Assembly: GCA_001724265.1 (NCBI GenBank)
Contig: MEDY01000003.1
Location: forward strand, 124,001 to 187,283
From: Rhizaria sp. SCN 62-66
Taxonomy: Eukaryota
Length of the DNA: 63,283 nucleotides
Reading direction: 5' to 3'
Shown here: piece after piece, positions 1 to 13,320 of the stretch
Layout of the letters: each line of letters starts with the position of its first letter
How positions within the stretch are numbered: the stretch's first letter is position 1
Program-made: the position numbers and the translations under genes
Notes under the pieces: generated by a model
Database searches by the model: none
What the model saw: only the letters and a program-made list of their open reading frames with translations
What the model was told of the DNA's origin: nothing

Positions 1-1082
1 TTGCCGTTGTTCTTGAGGAAGTACTGCGAGTTGTAGGCGACGATACGCGCCTGGTCGGGCTGCGCCACGTCGGCGAACACAACGTCGACCATGCCGACGA
101 GCATGCGGTAGTTGAGCGGGAGACGCGCGTCGTCGACAATGGGGATGATGTTGGGGCGGCGCTTGGCCATGGTCACGAGGTCGCGGCCGGGGCGCAGCGA
201 GCGCTCGACGGCGTAGACCATGCCCTCGGGGCCGACAAGGTCGGAGACGTGCGAGACGGTGGTACCGGAGGCGGCGCCGATGTACAGCACCTTGGATCCG
301 GGCTTGATGTAGATGTTCTCGACACCGTTGGCGACGGCGGCAGACAGCTTAGAGCGGAAAGGGTTCCACATGCGGTACTCGATCTTGCCCTCGTCCGTCT
401 CCACGGCCACGCGCTTCTCGCCGTAGACGCCCGTGCCGGGGTCCATGGAGCGGGTCGCGAGACCGTCGTCCTTGCCACCGGAGAGGATGAACACGCCATC
501 CAGACGGTGACGCTGGACAGTGTACTTAGAGCCACCGGCGCGCTTGGGGGCACCGCCGCGACCGCCACGGCCACCGGCACCGCCGCGGCCACCGCGACCG
601 CCAGCACCGCCGCGGCCACCAGCGCCGCCACGGCCGCCGCCGAAACCACCGGCAGCGCCACCACGGCCACCGCCAAAGCCTGCGGAAAGCGGGGGAGTGC
701 GCGCGGAGGGGCAAGAGAGAGGGAAAAAGAGAGGAGAAGCAACAGAGGAGCGAAGGAGTGGGGCAGGAGAAGGTGAGAGTCGGTGGGCGTTTGGTGTCGT
801 TCGAAGCCACCACGGGCAAGTGGGAAGTTTCGAGGGATAATGCATGCGGGATCGCATGGGAGTTGTTTCAGAAGTAGATTAACTCGAATGGTTTTTCATG
901 TAAAGTGTGATATGCGATCAGAACGCGATGAACGGGTCGAAAGAGAGGCACGGCTGTCGCCACGCATAAAAAGTGGGCGAGGACTGAGGGAAAAAGGAAT
1001 GCATGAGATACGTACCACCACGACCGCCACGAGGAGCGGCACCACCACGGAAGCCACCACCACGACCACCACGACTGCTCAT
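1..1082 (-). CDS. FBL: Fibrillarin (rRNA 2'-O-methyltransferase, box C/D snoRNP), 3' end outside window
   Basis: Exons 1082-1016 ([14 protein letters not shown]...) and 679-<1; intron 1015-680 GTACG..CAG, phase 1. RGG-rich N-terminus, then [67 protein letters not shown]. Not represented in the ORF track in this frame. Confidence 0.97.
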
Positions 1083-1471
1083 TTTACTGTCAGTGTGATA
1101 CTATGTTCGAACAAAGAGTTCTAGTCAATATCCGCAAGCTCACCTGCCAGCCCCAGAAGCCCCACTCGGTCGGTCGGGCTCGGTCGGCCGAGTCTGACCG
1201 AGGACTGACAAAGTTAGGCCGGACGGATTTTTTCGACCGCCTGACCGGCGAGCGAGCCGTCCGACTGCAAGCCAAGTGAGATTTGAAAAAGACACCTCTG
1301 CCCTGACATATATAATCTGTCATTCGCACTTCACGCGATTTTGCCGAATAGCATATCTTTTTAAATCTCTGCCTTATTATTCATTTTGCTTACAAACACG
1401 TTTGATCACTGGACTCCGTCGTCTTCGATTGCCCTCTTGTGCTCTATGGCCAACAGCTCTCGCTCGCCCCT

Positions 1472-3585
1472 ATGTCGGGCCCCAGTCCCGACCAATGTCG
1501 CTTCGTCGAAGCGGCCTTTGAGGGTGGTACGTTCCATGTTTATCTTCTACCTTATACCCATGCAGCAACTGTATCCGCTCTCATATTGCCCTTTATAAGC
1601 CTGCTCACTTTACTCTTACTTTCCCCTGCGCTCTGTTGTACAAACAACAGACCTCAAGACGCTGCAGATGCTGATGCCTGTCGTGACGATTAACGGCATC
1701 GACTCCAACTCTGATACCGCACTTATCGCCGCCGCCATTGCGCGTCGCGCCGACATTGTCCGTTACTTGGTCGACAACCGCGCGTCGGTCAACTACCGCA
1801 ACAAGTTCGGCCACACCGCTTTGCTGTGGGCCACGTCGGCACAGGACAAGCCCATCGTGTCGTACCTGCTGCACGTCGGCGCCAACCCCAACGTCTTCGA
1901 CGAGGACAAGATTACGCCGCTGCACCTCGCCGTGCGCGCGGGCGACACGGACCTCGTCAAGGAGCTCCTCGCGGCCGGCGCGAACCCTGACCCGCAGGAC
2001 AGTTACGGGTCCACGCCGCTCGTCACGGCGGCCTCGTCCAAGGCCGTCGGGTGCGCGCGCGCGCTCATCGCCGCCAAGGCCGACCTGGGGCTTGCGAACA
2101 ACGAGGGTGCGGACCCGCTGCTGCTCGCCGTGTGGTTCGGGTCCATCGAGACGGCGAAGCTACTGCTCGAGTCTGGCGCCAACCCCGACAGCCAGAACGC
2201 GCCGCGCAACGACACGCCGCTGCTCGTTGCCGTGTATAAGAACCGGCCCGACCACGCCGAACTGCTCGCGTCCTACGGCGCGCGCGTCGACGTGACCAAC
2301 GCGCGCGGTGTCAATTCCGTTACCGCGGCGTCGCCCGAGTTCCGCGCCGCGATGCAGGCCGGTCATCAGGCGTGGAAGCGTAAGTGCCGTGCCGCCGACG
2401 CCAACCTGCGGCCTGCGGACGGCGACGTCGACCTGGCCGGAGGCAGCAACAGCAGCAGCAACGGCGGCGGTGGCGCGGGAGGCGCCCTGCCGCGGTCGTC
2501 GCCGGAGCCAGAGGGGTCGCCCGTCAGCGGAGTCAGTCCCGGCGGCGCGGGCGGCAAGAAGGGCGATGACGTCGAGGCGTACATGGAGGAGGAGTTCGCC
2601 AAGATCGTCGGCATGGACGGCGTCAAGGACCAGCTGCGCGCCTTCTACAAGAAGGTCAAGCTGGACAAGATCCGCGAGGGCGTGGGCAAGAAGGCCTCAG
2701 GCGAGAAGAATCGGCTGTTCCACATGATCTTCATGGGCCCGCCCGGCACGGGCAAGACCACGATGGCCAACCTCGTCGCGCGCGTCATGCTCAAGCTGGG
2801 GCTGCTCAAGACCGAAAAAGTCGTCGTGGTTAACAACGCGCTCGACCTCGTCGCCGGATACGTCGGCCAGACCCCCGGCAAGGTCGACGCAAAGGTCGAG
2901 GAGGCCAAGGGTACGTTTTATTACCGAGAGATGTATATCTCGTCATGATAGCGTCAAATATCAGTTCAATTCATACTGTCTTGAATGTATTTGTTTCTCA
3001 TTTTTTAATCTTGCACTGTTTATTTTCATGATGAATTGCTAACTCTCCGGTTTTGTAATGTTTGGCTATTCAGGCGGTGTCCTGTTCATCGACGAGGCGT
3101 ACTCGGTGGTCAAGAAGGAGGGCAACAACGATTCGTTTGGCCGTGAAGCCATCGACACGATCATGAAGCACATGGACCCCCCGTCGTGCGTCTTCATCCT
3201 CGCCGGGTACGAGAAGCAGATGAACGAGTTCCTCGACGTCAACGAGGGCCTGTCGCGCCGTATTCCATACCGCTACCACTTCGAAGCCTACTCTGTGGAG
3301 CAGCTCAAGGAGATCCTCGTCGTCTCATGCAAGCACCTGGACGAGGACCTGGAGCCCGGCGCCGCGGACGCGCTGCTGTCGATCCTGGCGACCGAGCTCA
3401 CGGTCACGCAGCGCGAGACCCAGAATGCGGGCCTCATTTCCAACTGGGTGGCGTTCGCGCAGAACGAGCGCGATGACCGGCTCGACATCGAGGTGGCGCG
3501 CAAGAACCCCGACCTGGCGTCGCTGCTCACGCTCGCGGACTTCGTGAAGGCCGTGCCCGCGCTTAAGCAGATGGCCGCCAAGTGA
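1472..3585 (+). CDS. Ankyrin-repeat + AAA+ ATPase of the CbbX/CfxQ/SpoVK-like family
   Basis: Exons 1472-1526, 1651-2910, 3074-3585 (GTACG..AG introns, both phase 1). About 6 ankyrin repeats (AAFEGDLKTLQML, TPLHLAVRAGD, TPLLVAVYKN), Walker A GPPGTGKT, DLVAGYVGQT, Walker B VLFIDEAY, ILAGY, NEGLSRR. Ends TGA. Confidence 0.88.
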
Positions 3586-4217
3586 AAGATGTGAACAGTA
3601 GAGGCAAAAAATGAACAAATTTGAGAGACCTACGGAGTGACAACTTGAGGTCGACTGAGGGCCATGAGATACTTCAAATAAAAAACGATTGATTTAAAGC
3701 TAGGAATGCGACAACAAAACCTATTTCAAGTAAATAGTGTACTGCGTAGAAGTAATATATTGTCTGTATTATCTAATAAAACTAGACCACAGCAGTAGTA
3801 GCAAAGCAGCAGCAGGCGCGCGCAGACAGCAAACAATCAGTATTTGTTACGAAGAGAGAGCGATCGAGATCTCACCTGTTTACGTTTGCTGTCGTGCCGT
3901 CCCACCATGCTTTTATCACCAACATCAGAAGCAGCAGCAACACGCGTCAGTAAGAGTGGACCACGCGAGGTCACTCTCTTGGCGCGTGCTGTTGTTGCTT
4001 CAAACACTCGACACCATGTCATCACCACGCCACAGCCTTTTTCAGCCCATCACACACACACAAGGATCTCTCTAAAAGAATAGAATAGTAACTTCAACGC
4101 AAGGCAACATATACACACACGCTCAATCAAACACAGCAGCGGTATCAACAGAACATCTAAAGGTGTCGTTGTCGTTGCTGCATCAAGAGAGCGTGCGATT
4201 TATGACACGCGGCGCAC

Positions 4218-5190
<973 letters not shown>

Positions 5191-6109
5191 TGCAAAGAGC
5201 TAATGCGGAGACGGGGTAACAAGAGGGAGAAATAAACAGGGCGGCGGTGAGCGAGGCGGGACGGACAAGGGAAATAGTCCAACGGGGCGACCGAGCGACG
5301 ACCGCGAACGATTCGAGGCGAGCATTGATTTCGCTGATTTCGACGGCAGGCGCACCGCTACCGGTGCCGCAAATCAAATGGAAAGCATAAACAACGACAT
5401 TCTATGCACACCTCATTCGGAATGTTATAAAAAGGCGTCTGTCGCGAGTACAAAGCAATGCAAGCAGTTTTCCTGTGTCCAACTCGAGCCAAAACGGCCT
5501 AACTTTTATGGCTCTTCATCGACTCGTCTCACGGTCACCTCGCCCACGGTCACTCGTTCGACAATAACGGGTGGCTGAGAGGGCGACTTGCTCGGAGTGT
5601 TGATTTAACGTTATATCTTTTGTTTTTCGCTAAAACAAGTTGATGTTTACGCTTAAAATGCATATACACACCGTTTGCAAAACTATATCTGCTGATGGCG
5701 TTAGTTGTGTAGTGATATCGTCTCTTTTGCGCTAGGTCTGAGGAATCAATGTGTTGGCGCTTTGAGAATTACCTTAAATGCGATAAATCTATAACAAAGC
5801 ATTGAAGCATGACTACTATTATTGTATATACGCACTGTATGCGTTGGGAAGTATGCAATACCAGCAGTGTTACCCGGATAGCATGCATATGTGCTCATTC
5901 AACGAATGAGTTGTTAAGTAAAGACTTTATTTTGATTGCAATGCGTTTTGAATGACCCGTGTTCTATCCAAAAGTGCAACGACAATTCGCTCAATTCGCA
6001 ATTGTGATTCACTTTGATCTTGACCCTAGACTACAATGACTGGTATGGCTAAGTTCTGTGGCATACCATAACTTAAATCTCATCATGCACAAAGCCAGCC
6101 AGATGTTAT

Positions 6110-7296
6110 TCAAGGCGACTTGCGCTTCGCATCATGCTCAACGACAACCGCGTCCTCCGCCGCCACAGCTGCAGCAGCAGTAGCATCAGCAGCACCATCA
6201 GCAGCAGCCTCAGCAACAGCGGCGGCATCGGCGGTGACTGTGGTGGCGGCAACGGGGTCCTTGTACTCCGGATCGGGGATCAGTGCGAACATGCGGACGG
6301 GAAACAGCACGTCAGGAAAGCCCTTCTGGACCTCCTCTGCGATGAGCTTGAGCCCGGCGCGCTTGAAGATGGCCTTGAACTGGCCCGTGGTCCGCGTGAT
6401 GGACGTGTCGTCCTTGTCCATGATGAAGCCGTCGCGCGCCGTGTTCTCCTTGACGCCGATCACACCGCCCGGCGCGAGACCGGCTACGCAGCGGCGGAAG
6501 AAGGCCACCAGATCGTCGTCGGGCAGGTGCGGCAGCACCCACTGGCACCAGATGAGCGCGTAGTGGCCCTGCGCCGGCGTCCAGCCCTCGAGCCCCAGCT
6601 GGAGGAACTGGCCCATCTTCGGGTGGTCGCCCAGCAGCACTTTGGCCTTGTCGACGAATTTCTCACATGGCTCGATCAGGTCGACGCTCTTGAAGAGCGG
6701 CAGCAGCAGGTCCTTGGAGCAGCGACCGATGCCGCCGCCGCACTCGGCCGCGTTACCATCGGTGAAGTTGATCCGGTTCAGGTTGAACAGAAAGTCCTTG
6801 CTGCCCTTGATGTCGGTGGCGGAGATGTGGCCGAAGCCGCCCAGGACGCCGTCGACCGAGGCGTCGACGCCCATCCAGTAGTTGACGCCCTTCTTGTACC
6901 ACGTGTCCTTCTTCTCGGCGGGCGCGGCGCCGTCGGTCGAGGTCCCGAACTCGGCCTGCCAGAGCTCGGAGATGGAGGCGTAGGCCTTGCCGTCGCTGTC
7001 TGCGCCGGTGGTCACCGAGGACGAACTAAGAGTTGGGGTTAGCGTACCAGTGTGAGTAATTGATAGGGTGTGCATTGGTCAAGAGCAACAGAGAGATGTA
7101 TAGGAGTGGTGTTGGTTGCGGAGTGCGAAGTGACAGGGGAAGGGTTATGAAGTGCAGAGAGGCAGGACGGAAGTGAGTTTGGGTGATACCAATATTATAT
7201 GATATGAAGCAGTCGGGGCAATACATATATACTCGCCATTTTGCTATAACGATAAGTTATGGAGACGTACGTAGCAGCACGACGCTTAACAGGCAT
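6110..7296 (-). CDS. NTMT1: Alpha-N-terminal protein methyltransferase (NTM1/NTMT1/Tae1 family)
   Basis: Exons 7296-7271 (MPVKRRAAT) and 7025-6110, phase-2 intron GTACG..TAG. Motifs YW..VDASVDGVLGGFGHIS..DIKGS, ECGGGIGR, IWCQW..HL.DDDLVAFF, VKEN, DKDDTSITR, LFPVRMFAL. Ends TGA. Confidence 0.92.
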
Positions 7297-7782
7297 GACG
7301 CTGAAGTGACGTTCGGAACGAGGAGAGAACGAGGTGAGACGACCGTCTAGAGGTGTGAGCAATTTGGAGAGAAGAGAACGTGATTTGTTTAAGCGGGTGA
7401 ACATAAGCAACGTCTCGCAGAAGTCGATACCACTGTGCTATCTCGAAAGTCCTTTCGCAGTACGCCGCCCTCCGTCGCGGCCCGTCGGTCGACCGCCTCG
7501 CTTCCCGCCTCGAACCAGACCTGGAAAGTTTGAATATCTCCGTAATTACGTCCGTCAATAGGCATATTTCTCTGGGGTTGGCTTTTGTTTCTGGTGTCAT
7601 GTTCTAATCGCTTTTTATTCCTCTCATCCTGATCATGTTCAACTGATTTCAACCTGATTTTAGAGGGCGAGCTTGAGTGTTGCGAATTCGCAGATCCCCT
7701 CATACTCCCCACACTTGTACCACATTGTAACAAAGCCAGCAAGCGTCACAACTTTACTGCAGTGCCTGTCGCCTTAGAGGCA

Positions 7783-10700
7783 ATGTCTCAGGCCGGCCGC
7801 GCTGCTACCGGCGCCAACCCTGGCGCTGCGGCCGCTCGCAGCGCCAGTGCAAACGGCCGTGCGAATGCTGCTGGCGCTGCTGCTGCGAACAACCAAGCAG
7901 GCGGAGGCATCCCTCGCGTCTTCAACGTCGCCGAGAAGAATTCCGTCGCCCGCGAAATCTCCCGTATTCTCTCCGAAGGCTCTTTCCGCACCGTACGTCT
8001 TCTTTGCTCTTCGCGTCATGCTATTACATAGTTTTATGTTCACTCACTCGCCCACCGCCACACTGTCTTATTTCGTCATCAAACCGCTGCAGATCGACAC
8101 GACGTCAAACACAACCCCTGTTTACGAGTTTCCGTTTACCCTGCAGGGCCAGCGCGTGACGATGGTCTTCACCTCTGTCTCGGGCCACCTCAAGAACATT
8201 GACTTCGCGCAGCACCTGCCGTGGGACTCGACCCCGCCCGACCTGCTGCTACGGCCTGCGCTGTGCCCCGTGCTCAAGCAGCCCTCGCCCGACGCGCGCC
8301 AGCAGGACATTTTGCGCAACCTTAAGACGCACGCCGCGGGGTGCGCGCGCCTCGTGCTCTGGCTCGACTGCGACCGCGAAGGGGAGAACATCGCCTTTGA
8401 GGTAATCGACGTCTGGACCACTGTGAAAACGACATTGCCGGCGCGCACGGCTGTCGCACGGGCGCGCTTCTCCACGCTGGTGCCGGAGGAGATTGCGCGC
8501 GCCGTGCGGGACTTGGCGCGGCCCAACCAGCTGCAGTCGGAGGCCGTCGACGCGCGCCAAGAGGTATGACGGCGATTTATCATTAGAATTGAACATATTA
8601 TGACACATATTTGCGCTGCCACGTTAATCTTTATTCAATCACTGAAATATTCGTTTTCAATATCGTAGTGAGATATTAAGTCAGTAACTGCACATATACC
8701 TTGTTAACGTACATCTGTAAATTTTGTTCCCTGGCTTGCCATTCGTAGGTTGATTTGCGCATCGGCGCTGCCTTCACGCGGTTCCAAACCCTGCTCCTGC
8801 GCGACTCCTTCGACAACAACTCTTCGATTGTCTCCTACGGGCCCTGTCAGTTCCCGACCCTGGGCTTTGTCGCCCGCCGCTTCCAGCAGCGGGAGAAGTT
8901 CGCTTCCACGCCCTTCTGGAGCCTGGATCTGACGTACACGGACCCGGCGACGCTCGCGCGTGCGACCTTCGCGTGGCAGCGCGGTCGCTGCTACGACCGG
9001 CACGTGACGGCCGCGCTGTTGCACTCTGCGCTGTCGGCGCCGCACGCCGTCGTGCTCGACACGGCGATGCGCGGCGCGGTCAAGCGGCGACCGGTCCCAC
9101 TCACCACAGTCGAGATGCAGGTGTTAGCCTCGCGGCACCTCAAGATGCCCGCGCGGCACTCGCTCGAGGTCGCCGAGGCGCTCTACCAGACGGGGTTTAT
9201 CTCATACCCGCGCACGGAGACGAGCGTCTTCTCGCGGGAGTTTGACATCGTGAGCCAAATCGGCCGGCTGGGCTCGGGCCGAGTGCGCGCGATGTCCCCG
9301 CAGGAGTGCGAGGTATATGACCGCGAGCAGCAGGGCGCGAACTCACACAACAACAACAACAACAACAATGCTGACAATGACGCTGCCGCTGCTGCTGTTG
9401 CCGCTGCGGCTGCTGCTGCGGCTGCAGGCCCAGGCCCGCAGGGCCCGGGCCCCGCTCCGGGGGCCCAACGGCAGCAGCAGCAGCAGCGGTGGCGTTTACC
9501 GCAGCAAGCCGTTGCGGCCCACGGGCACCCGCGCCCGCGCCAGTCGCCCGCCGTGATGGAGCCTGACGTCTACGCAGACCTGCTGCTGACGGACCCGGGG
9601 GCGTTCGAGTGGCCGGCCCATGGCGGGCACGACGACGGCGCACACCCCCCGATTCACCCCCTCAAGCCGCCGACGGCGGACATCACGGGCGACCACCGGC
9701 GGCTGTACGACCTGATTGTGCGGCACTTTCTGGCCAGCTGTTCGGGGGACGCGCGCGGCAGCACGACCAAAGTTTCGGTGCAGTGCGGCACGGAGGTCTT
9801 CGCCACGAGCGGGCTCATGGTGAGCGAGTACAACTACCTGCGAGTGTTTAAGTGGGACAAGTGGTCCGAGTCGACCGTGCCACTGCTCTACAACGGGATG
9901 ACCTTTGCGCCCGCCTCGGTGTCCATGCGCGAAGGAGCCACGGTCGCGCCATTGCTGCTGACCGAGGCCGAGCTGCTGGGGCTGATGAACAGCCACGGCA
10001 TCGGCACCGACGCCACGATGGCGGCCCACATCGACACGATCATTACGCGCAAGTACGTGTCGTACCATGAGGGCACGCTCACGCCCACGCCGCTGGGACT
10101 CGCGCTCATTAAGTCCTACGACGCGGTCAAGATCGCGCTCGCCGAGCCCAGCATGCGGGCGCGCATGGAGGCGAGCCTCGCACTCATCAGCGCAGGCAAG
10201 ACCACCAAGGCCACGGTCGTCGCGCAGTGCTGCGCGGAGATGCTCGACGTGCTACAAAAGGTCCAGTCAAAGGGCCAGCTCCTGCTGCCGTTCTTCGAGA
10301 AAGCGCTGGCCAAGGTGCAGCGCCGCACCGAGACGCTCGTGGAGCGGTTTTCGCATTGCGGCCACTGCAAGGAATGCAGCATGGAGCTTGTGCGCGAGAC
10401 TGTGACACGTCAGCAGCAGCCGCAGCCGCCGGGACAGCCGGGGCAGGAAGTTAAGCCGCCCGCCCACGGTCAGTCGGACGGACAGGGGTGTGCGGTGGCG
10501 ACGCATCTGGTGCTGTCATGTCCGTCCTGCGGCGGTTTTGGCCCGGGCGGTTACGCGAAGCACATGCGGGAGCTGAAGCGCGAGAATGGCGCTGAGGGCG
10601 ACGGTGACGGCGGCGGTGGCGGCGGTCAGAAGGGCGAGGGGCGTGGCAAGACGCGGAAGAGCAGCCGCCGCAGCCGCAGTCGCGGGATGAAGCGGCGCCG

Positions 10701-12897
10701 CGCTAGTAGTACGCATGGCAACAGTAACATACATGGCGACGATGCTGCTGCTGATGACGATGGTGATGATGACAACGAAGACAACGATGATGATGATGAC
10801 ACCGATGGTGGCGACGACGATAGCGAGAACGACGATGATGACGACAATGACGACAACGCTGCTCGCAATGCAAGTTCCCTCTCAGTCGTCCCATACGCAC
10901 AGCGTTTGCGGCTGAAGCTGCCCGTGATCAAAGTGCAGCCTATTGTTTCCAACAGCACGTCAACTACTTACATCAGCCCAGGCACTTACACAAACCCCAA
11001 CTCTGCCACTTACAACGCCAGCTCTGGCTCTTACACAGGCAGCCCGAGTAAGGGTGGCAACGGCGGCGGCTTGCCAGGCCCGGTGCTGTGTCCCTACTGC
11101 GACTACCAGGCGCTCATGTTCAAAGACGGCCGCTTCGCGCTGTGCCCCTACTGCAAGCATCACCCCGTGCCTGCGGTCAAGGACGAGGCCGCAAAGGCCA
11201 GGATAGCGGCCGCGCTGGCTGCAGAGGCGGAGGCCAAAGTCAAGGCCGGCGCTGATGCCGCCACAGCCTGCGCTGCCTCTACTGCGAACGCGAGTGCGAG
11301 CGCGAGAGCGAGTGCGAGAGCGGGCCGGATCGTTATCGACGCCGACATCGACGAAGAGGACGACGACGAGGTGCTGGTGAGCACTGACTTGGCGACTCGG
11401 CTGCGCAAGCGACAGCAACGAGAGAAACAACAGCAGCTGCGGGAGCAAGAACGCGCTGCTGCTGCAACAGCAGCTGCTGCAACAGCTGCTACGAATGCCC
11501 CGAATCATGACGCAAGTGCAAGTGAGAGCATTGCTTCTACCAAACCAGCGATGGACGACGGCAGTACCGTCGACATCGAGGACCTCGGCAATGCAAGCAC
11601 CCCCTTACCCTTACCCGTGGACCCCTACCCCTGCTCGCACGGCTCGGCGGCGTCATGCCAGGCGTGCGACTCGCCTCACTGTGCGCTGTCGCTAGGTCAC
11701 CCCGGGCTGCTCATCCCTGTCGCGCCCTGTCCGCGCTGCGCTCCGCCGCTCTTCACGCCACAGCAGCAACAGCAGCAGCAGCAACAGGGGCAGCAGGCGC
11801 AGCATGGGCAGGTCAAGGTAGGACCAGGACAGGCGCAGGCTCAGGCTCAGGCTCAGTCGCAGTCTCAGTCTGTGCCCCCTGCTCCGGTGTCGCCGTGGTC
11901 GACCCTAGCCCCCGCCACCAAGCGCCGCCTGCCGTACCTGACGCTCGAGCGGCGGTATCAGAACGCGTCCGCCGCACAGCCGAACCCGTTCGACTCGCTG
12001 CCGCCCGCACTCGCGGCCGCCGCCGTGCCCGGCCAGCGCGGTTACCAGCCCCCGGCGGACTTCGCCTCGTCCCACGGTCACTCCCACGGTCACTCCTACG
12101 GTCACGGTCACGGTCAAGGGGAGGCGAGTGGGTCGAGCGGGTCGAGTGCGCGGGTGGGCGCGGCGCTGCTACCGGGCCGGTTCTGGGCCCTGGTCTGCAA
12201 CGGCATCGCGCAGGACGGCAAGCCCACCGCGGCCGCCGTCGCCTCCTACAACGCCAGTACAGGCGGCAACGCGGGCGGCGGCGGCGCAGCGGCGGCGGCG
12301 GCGGCTGCGAGCCGCGGCCACGGCGGCGGCGGCTGCGGGGCGCGGCTCACAGTCGCCAACGCGGCGTACGTCACCGTGCTGACCGACACGCCCTGCGCCA
12401 GCTGCGCGGCCAAGGGGCTGGCGGCTAAACTTATATCCGTGCAGTTCAGGCAGCCCGAGTCGCGGTACGACGGCGCCGTGTTGGCGACAGGGTGCGTTGT
12501 GGCCGGGTGCGATGCGCGCATGGCGCGGGGGCTCATGAAGGTGCTGCCGCCGCTCAAGCCCGGCCACGGCCACGGCGGTGGTCACGGTGGTGGCCACGCG
12601 GGCAGCGCCGGCGGCAGGGCTGGTGCAGGCGTGAAGTCGCAACAGGCGGGGGGAGCAGCTCAACGGCAGCAGCCGCAGTCGCAGCAAGGGCAGTTTCAGG
12701 GGCGGCAGTCTCAGCACCAGCAGCAACAGCAGCAGCAACAGTCCGGGTCTAAGGGCCAGAGTCGGTCCGCCTCAGGCAACAATGGTGCAGGCGCCAGCAC
12801 AGCAAACGCGGTCAGTGCTGGTGCCGCTGATGTTAATAATGCCGGTGCTAAGGGGAACAGAGGAGGCAGGAGTGTGACACCGAGTAGCAACCGATGA
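7783..12897 (+). CDS. TOP3A: DNA topoisomerase III (type IA), alpha-like core with long Cys-rich C-terminus
   Basis: Exons 7783-7992, 8093-8563, 8749-12897. Toprim VAEKNSVA, TSVSGHL, LDCDREGENI; DLRIGAAFTRFQT, SYGPCQFPTLGFV, catalytic GFISYPRTET, AHPPIHP, GIGTDAT; multiple CxxC pairs downstream. Ends TGA. Confidence 0.93.
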
Positions 12898-13320
12898 TAT
12901 TATAGGATATTTAGAGTTGGTCTTCCAAATTTACTTTACAACGTATTGCTGCCCTTTTACACAGTAGATATAATTAGTTCATCTTTACATACGTTTTATT
13001 TATCTGACCGCTCAAAGCGGCTTAATATTACATGTAATACATCATAGTAGTACTGTCTTTTTAGAATTGACTGTTGATAATATGTGTTGCTCTGAATTGA
13101 ATTGAGTTCGCACGTCGACACTGAGGTACAAGTTAAACAGTTTGATTTTTGTATCAACAATTTTACAATAAGCTTACAATAATAATAGTTCCCCATTTAT
13201 GCTTCTTTTCCGTGTTATTCAAAGGTGATTGCGGCGTGAGCAACACATCAACACCCCGCATCACTCTTTGAACACCAACAAATCACTCGTTCCATCAACT
13301 CCCCTCACAGTATCGACAGC

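Noticed and set aside
173-840. ORF-track proteins over the first 840 bp
   Set aside because: Alternative frames of the fibrillarin exon, which lacks its own start codon and runs off the window.
680-1015. Possible intronic box C/D snoRNA in the long fibrillarin intron (also ARF intron 4754-5141)
   Set aside because: CTGA words are present but I found no RTGATGA C box or terminal stem; would need an Infernal/snoscan search.
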